Shown here piece by piece: positions 59,859 through 64,000 of a stretch of 64,000 nucleotides of DNA. The notes below the pieces were generated by a model. That model searched no databases. It was not told the DNA's origin and saw nothing but the letters and a program-made list of their open reading frames with translations. The translations under genes were made by a program, and so were the position numbers. Origin of the DNA: Pseudomonas sp. (GTDB taxonomy: Bacteria; Pseudomonadota; Gammaproteobacteria; Pseudomonadales; Pseudomonadaceae); contig JBKEBY010000008.1 in the NCBI GenBank assembly GCA_047973445.1, positions 68,812-132,811 of the forward strand. Direction: 5' to 3'. Numbering within the stretch: the stretch's first letter is position 1; the number at the start of each line of letters is the position of its first letter.

Positions 59859-62800
59859 CTACATACCCCTGTAGATTTCGCGACGGAAGATCAGAGGCTC
59901 CGATCCCTGGTAAATACCAAAGGTGATCGAACTACGCGTCTCGGCAATCTCCCCCTCCCTATAACTACAGGCTCCACCCAGCGGGGCGTTGACCTCGCTA
60001 CGCTGACGACATAGCCAAGTGGCGTTGGCGCCGTTGTCTTTGTCGAGCAGTCGGTGTCGGAGCAGCACACTGCCATGAGGGGTGTCGGGTGCAGTGGCAA
60101 TCACTTGCAGCAGAGACTGGTTCCAGCCCGCTGCGTCGAGCGTGGCGGCAGTTACGCCCAGGTCGGGGAAGCTCAGTTGTTCGGGTTTGTCCGTTGGTTC
60201 GGCCAGTGTCGTGCAACTGTCAGTCGCCGCCTGCCAGGCCGTGCCGTTCCAGTGTTCCAGCATGATGGGCGCTAGACCGATGTTGCCGAGCGGGACGCGA
60301 ATATTCTCGCTGCGAACCCGGCCAAGGAGAAACTGGCTATCTTGAATAAGCCTAGTGATCGGGACGCCTTCGGTCTTCTCGCCCCATTCGGCTTCCTCGC
60401 CTTGTCGGTTCGAGAAGTAGACGCCATCGTCGTCATGCAGATCCCAGACAGTCCATTTCAACTCGAAAGGCGCATCCGTGGCCGTAGCCGTGGCTTGGCG
60501 CGGATAGCGGTAGTCATTTTTAAACTGCAGCCGGGAATTCTCCGGGTCAAGCTCGATCGTGGGTCTGGGCGTGACGTGCGAGCCCTCATCACTGGTAGGC
60601 GCCGAGTCGCTGCGATAGAAGCCATAAACCTGCTTGGTACCGACCCTCCAGAAGTCTCCCTGGTAGTTCAGCGTCTGGTTACCAGACCGACCGAAACCCT
60701 TGACCTCCAATCCGCCGGACAACCGAGTAGGCTGGTCCTGATAGGTGAAAGCTGATGGTGCCGGACAACCGAACTGCTGGGCCAGGGTAGAGTCGACTTC
60801 CAGCCATGCCGGAGTGATACGGCCAACCCGCCCACTGATGCTCTGCGCATGCCCCATGCTCGCCCCCAGATAGTCGGGCGGCGTGGCGATGATATTGAAA
60901 ATACCCACTTCGCTCAGGGATTGGTCAATCAGGATTGTCTCGCCTGTTTCGTGCTTGTACTGGTCTAGACCCAATGTACCGTCCGCACCATCGCTCGGAG
61001 CAACGACCTTGCTGACAAGATCGATAGACGTCTGCTTGTAATTGGGAGTGGCGCTGTTGTTACAGATTTCCGGACCGCGCAGGGCCGTAGGATCATCATC
61101 CTCATTGTCTGGCGTCCAGATCACCGCCTTGATTGTCTGTCTGAACGAATCACCGGCCTTGGCCAGCACCGGGCCGCTCGGGCTGTCATCGGTAACTTTC
61201 GAGTCGGTGCGGATGCACAGCCCCCACGGACGGGAAACGAACGAGTCTTCTCCCGTCATGACCAGCCCCTCGTCTCCACTGGAGGCACTGCCTTCATAAC
61301 GGGCGGTCAGTTTGATCCTTCCGGCATCCCTATAGGTCACAGGCAAAGGCGCAGAGGCGTCTTCCTTACTAAAGGTCAGGGAAATGCTCTGCGCAGGCTC
61401 TCCGGGAATCAACGTCACACCCGCCACCTCCGGCGCCATGGTTCCGCTGGTGGGGTTTTCATAGCTGGCACTCAACGAAATCTGCCGAGGTTCACCATCG
61501 TCAAATCCAGGCACGCAGGCTTGCGTGGTTTCATCCTTTTTCACCGCCTGTATACGGGCGGCCTGCTCCTTCCCCGCAATCATCGGAGACAGACGCTTGA
61601 ATATGAAACCGCTGTCCCACAACGAAATCTGGCAGTTGGCAGTACTGCATAACGTCGCGTTGATGGCCTGCGGATCAGCCGAAGCTATCCCCAATGTGTA
61701 AACGCCTGGAAGGCGCTTCATATAGGCTGTGCCCTGACCAACGAAGGTCAATGTCCCGCTACCCTGCCAGACGCCGGCCGGACTCAAGGTGACAGTGGCG
61801 GGAACGGTGGACAGGTTGCCTTGCGAGTCGTAAGCGGAAACCTTTACGGGTACGGGCTCACAGGTCAACGCCGTCGCGCTGTACTCCAGTGAATAGTGAT
61901 CCACGGCTGCAACGCTGGGTTCATCGTCGCAAAGCGGGCCGAGGTCTACCGGATCTAAATACTCGACGATGCTGCCTTGGCCGATGTAAACGTTGCGTCC
62001 GGTGATGCCACCTTTGTAGCGTGCCGGCATGCCGAAGTTGATGTTCACATCACCAGCCGCGTAGACGAACGCAGGCACGTCCATCTGGCTGGAGAGAGTA
62101 ATATTCCCTGTGGAATACATGACCAGGTCGCCGCCAGCAAAGCCTTGAAAAGAGGCAGCATACCCAAGCTCGATATCACCCCGAACGAACAATCGGACAA
62201 CGCCGCTACCGCCGATCTTGCGGAACTTAGAGGAAACCTTTGCCGTAAACCCGCCATCGATCCAGTAGTTTCCGGGACTCAGCTCGAAGGTGGAATCGTA
62301 GTCTGGATTCAGTGTCCCCATCTTGTGATCATAGTTCGCTCGGGTATAGCGAATGGTCGCTGCGTTCCCCCTCGAGAAGTTGCTCGAATAGATACCGCCA
62401 GTGATGACCGCGTTCATGCCCAGTCTGACCCGGCCACGCGCATGAATCTCGCCGGGAAAAACGAAATCGTTGCCAGCCGTCACGTCACCTTGCACATAAA
62501 GCCTGATCTGGCCTGGAGAGAAGCCCTCGATATGGGCCTGGCCGATTTTTACGTCTCCCGAGACATATAGCGTCACCATGCCGTCGTTGCCGCTCAGCCG
62601 ACGTATACGGGTGTCCTCGGCCTGCCAGTCGAGGTCGCCGTTGACCCAGTAGATTCCGGGCTGGAACTCGAGCGTCGATTTGTAAGCGGTGCTGATGGTC
62701 TTGACCTTGTAGATACTATTGGCCGTAGCGAACCTGATGGTCGACTTATTTCCGGCTGAGACGGTGCCATAGTCGCCTGCGGACAGCGACAACGTGCCTC

Positions 62801-63248
62801 CCCGACCACTGGAAACATTGTGGTTGCTGGTGGAGAGCTGGAAGGTCGTGGGCACATCGCTGCCCGTCTGGAAGTCCACATCGACCGTGCTCGTGTGGTT
62901 GCCGGTTGCGCTACAGATGACACCGTCACACAGGCCATACTGATCCGCCGATGTATGGGTATGCTTGACGGTCGGAGCATTCAGCGTGGGACCACTGCCA
63001 TAGACACGTGACATATAGCCCATCTCGATGAAGCCGCTGCGCGAGTGGCTCTGGATGCCACCCGGGAACACCGCTGTGCATTGCTCGGCATGGGTCCAAC
63101 CAGCGGACAGGGCTGCCCACATACCGCAAATTACCACCAGCCAGCGCGAAGAACTTCTGGCCTTGCCTTTCCATGAGCGCCGACCATGAATGACCTGCCC
63201 TGTTCTCCACAAAACACTGGCAAGTCCGAAAATCCATTTCGCTTTCAT
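59859..63248 (-). CDS. mshQ: MSHA biogenesis protein MshQ-like (DUF6701) adhesin, 1129 aa
   Basis: ALTCEP, YRDAGRIKL, SEVGIF, FTYQDQP and TFGIYQG...IFRREIY C-terminus; last gene after mshP. Confidence 0.8.
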   Translation of the reverse strand: MKAKWIFGLASVLWRTGQVIHGRRSWKGKARSSSRWLVVICGMWAALSAGWTHAEQCTAVFPGGIQSHSRSGFIEMGYMSRVYGSGPTLNAPTVKHTHTSADQYGLCDGVICSATGNHTSTVDVDFQTGSDVPTTFQLSTSNHNVSSGRGGTLSLSAGDYGTVSAGNKSTIRFATANSIYKVKTISTAYKSTLEFQPGIYWVNGDLDWQAEDTRIRRLSGNDGMVTLYVSGDVKIGQAHIEGFSPGQIRLYVQGDVTAGNDFVFPGEIHARGRVRLGMNAVITGGIYSSNFSRGNAATIRYTRANYDHKMGTLNPDYDSTFELSPGNYWIDGGFTAKVSSKFRKIGGSGVVRLFVRGDIELGYAASFQGFAGGDLVMYSTGNITLSSQMDVPAFVYAAGDVNINFGMPARYKGGITGRNVYIGQGSIVEYLDPVDLGPLCDDEPSVAAVDHYSLEYSATALTCEPVPVKVSAYDSQGNLSTVPATVTLSPAGVWQGSGTLTFVGQGTAYMKRLPGVYTLGIASADPQAINATLCSTANCQISLWDSGFIFKRLSPMIAGKEQAARIQAVKKDETTQACVPGFDDGEPRQISLSASYENPTSGTMAPEVAGVTLIPGEPAQSISLTFSKEDASAPLPVTYRDAGRIKLTARYEGSASSGDEGLVMTGEDSFVSRPWGLCIRTDSKVTDDSPSGPVLAKAGDSFRQTIKAVIWTPDNEDDDPTALRGPEICNNSATPNYKQTSIDLVSKVVAPSDGADGTLGLDQYKHETGETILIDQSLSEVGIFNIIATPPDYLGASMGHAQSISGRVGRITPAWLEVDSTLAQQFGCPAPSAFTYQDQPTRLSGGLEVKGFGRSGNQTLNYQGDFWRVGTKQVYGFYRSDSAPTSDEGSHVTPRPTIELDPENSRLQFKNDYRYPRQATATATDAPFELKWTVWDLHDDDGVYFSNRQGEEAEWGEKTEGVPITRLIQDSQFLLGRVRSENIRVPLGNIGLAPIMLEHWNGTAWQAATDSCTTLAEPTDKPEQLSFPDLGVTAATLDAAGWNQSLLQVIATAPDTPHGSVLLRHRLLDKDNGANATWLCRQRSEVNAPLGGACSYREGEIAETRSSITFGIYQGSEPLIFRREIYRGM

Positions 63249-63679
63249 GGCTGCTCCACCACTGCCGTCAGGTGTCGATAGGCGTAATCCGGGTCGCCCG
63301 GGTTTCCATAAGTCGCCGTAGCCTCCACCCGATGAAATACCAGATCCCGACCTTCCTCTGGCACGCTGGCCTGAAGGACCGTCGAGCTTCCGCAGGTGAC
63401 CGCCACTTGGAAGTCTTCCAGGTTGAACGACGAGCACGTCTGGCTGGCCAGTGATCGCGCGATACCGTACTCAAGCCCCGCCCGTGCGGCCTGGAAAGCA
63501 CGCGCCTGCTGGAGACTGAAGGTGTTGGTCGCCGATTGGCTAGCCGACAGCCGCCACATCACCGCAATCACCGCAATCACCGCAGCGATGACGATGATCA
63601 GAAACATTGCGGCCACCAGGCCGAAGCCGCTCTGTTTTCCACCGCCCAGGAGCGAGTCGTACCGAAGATCAGGGCGCAT
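63245..63679 (-). CDS. mshP: MSHA minor pilin MshP-like
   Basis: QSGFGLVAAMFLIIV prepilin-like leader; ARAFQAARAGLEYG and DYAYR motifs. Confidence 0.8.
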   Translation of the reverse strand: MRPDLRYDSLLGGGKQSGFGLVAAMFLIIVIAAVIAVIAVMWRLSASQSATNTFSLQQARAFQAARAGLEYGIARSLASQTCSSFNLEDFQVAVTCGSSTVLQASVPEEGRDLVFHRVEATATYGNPGDPDYAYRHLTAVVEQP

Positions 63680-64000
63680 TGTCGACATGGACCTGTTGCA
63701 GAAGGGAGATTCGTTCGCCGGCCTTCTCCAGCACCAGTTCCATGGTGACCAGCCCACCGCGCATGGCATTGCCGGGCTGATATCGGAAGGTACAGGAACG
63801 CACGCTGTCGACCAGCAGTGCGGCATCACTGTAGTCATAGCCAATAGCATCGCGGAGTTCGGGGAACTCCTTGCGCACGATGCGCCCATTCACACATTGA
63901 TAACCGACTACAGCGTCTGCCAAATAGAAGCGGCGCTGCGGCGAGGCGTAGCGAAAACCGAAGCCGGCGATATCATCGCCGGTCAGCGTCAGGTCGCCTC
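63669..64000 (-). CDS. mshO: MSHA minor pilin MshO-like, 5' truncated by window edge
   Basis: QRRFYLAD...CTFRY...RGGLV...LLQQVHVDNAP C-terminus. Confidence 0.75.
   Translation of the reverse strand, partial: GDLTLTGDDIAGFGFRYASPQRRFYLADAVVGYQCVNGRIVRKEFPELRDAIGYDYSDAALLVDSVRSCTFRYQPGNAMRGGLVTMELVLEKAGERISLLQQVHVDNAP

Noticed and set aside
63249..63437. N-terminal extension of mshQ in the ORF track, and similar extensions for purB, hflD, ccoO1, ccoQ, wzz, SCO and LysR
   Set aside because: The extensions overlap upstream genes or lack an RBS; downstream starts with RBS or ATGA coupling fit better.

Overview
Chromosomal segment of a Pseudomonas stutzeri-group (Stutzerimonas) bacterium. The assignment is inferred from the ccoNOP-1/ccoNOQP-2 layout and protein similarity recalled from knowledge, not from a search. 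Contents in order: (1) core block nudJ-mnmA-hflD-purB-cupin(roxA-like)-GNAT-hypothetical-short secretin-like-aceA, with an RccR-type operator and a ~400-nt leader before aceA; (2) transporters, queD, a RidA/LysR pair, tusA and acnA; (3) two tandem cbb3 oxidase operons, ccoGHIS, nadE, hemN, anr, apt and a SCO gene; (4) a ~21.5-kb minus-strand O-antigen locus (ihfB, two wzz, a beta-CASP nuclease, rmlBA, Fuc4NAc, L-FucNAc and diNAcBac pathways, wzx, wzy, GTs, wbpM); (5) a tandem nested REP array, deaD, a META lipoprotein and the 3' end of an MSHA pilus operon (mshO-P-Q). No rRNA, tRNA, CRISPR array or transposase was seen. The most unusual observations are REP/BoxC-type palindromes read in frame as protein in two neighbouring genes (beta-CASP nuclease and rmlB), a glycosyltransferase-phosphoglycosyltransferase fusion, and substitutions at normally invariant active-site motifs of CcoN1 and HemN. 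I could not identify a wholly new multi-gene system with confidence.
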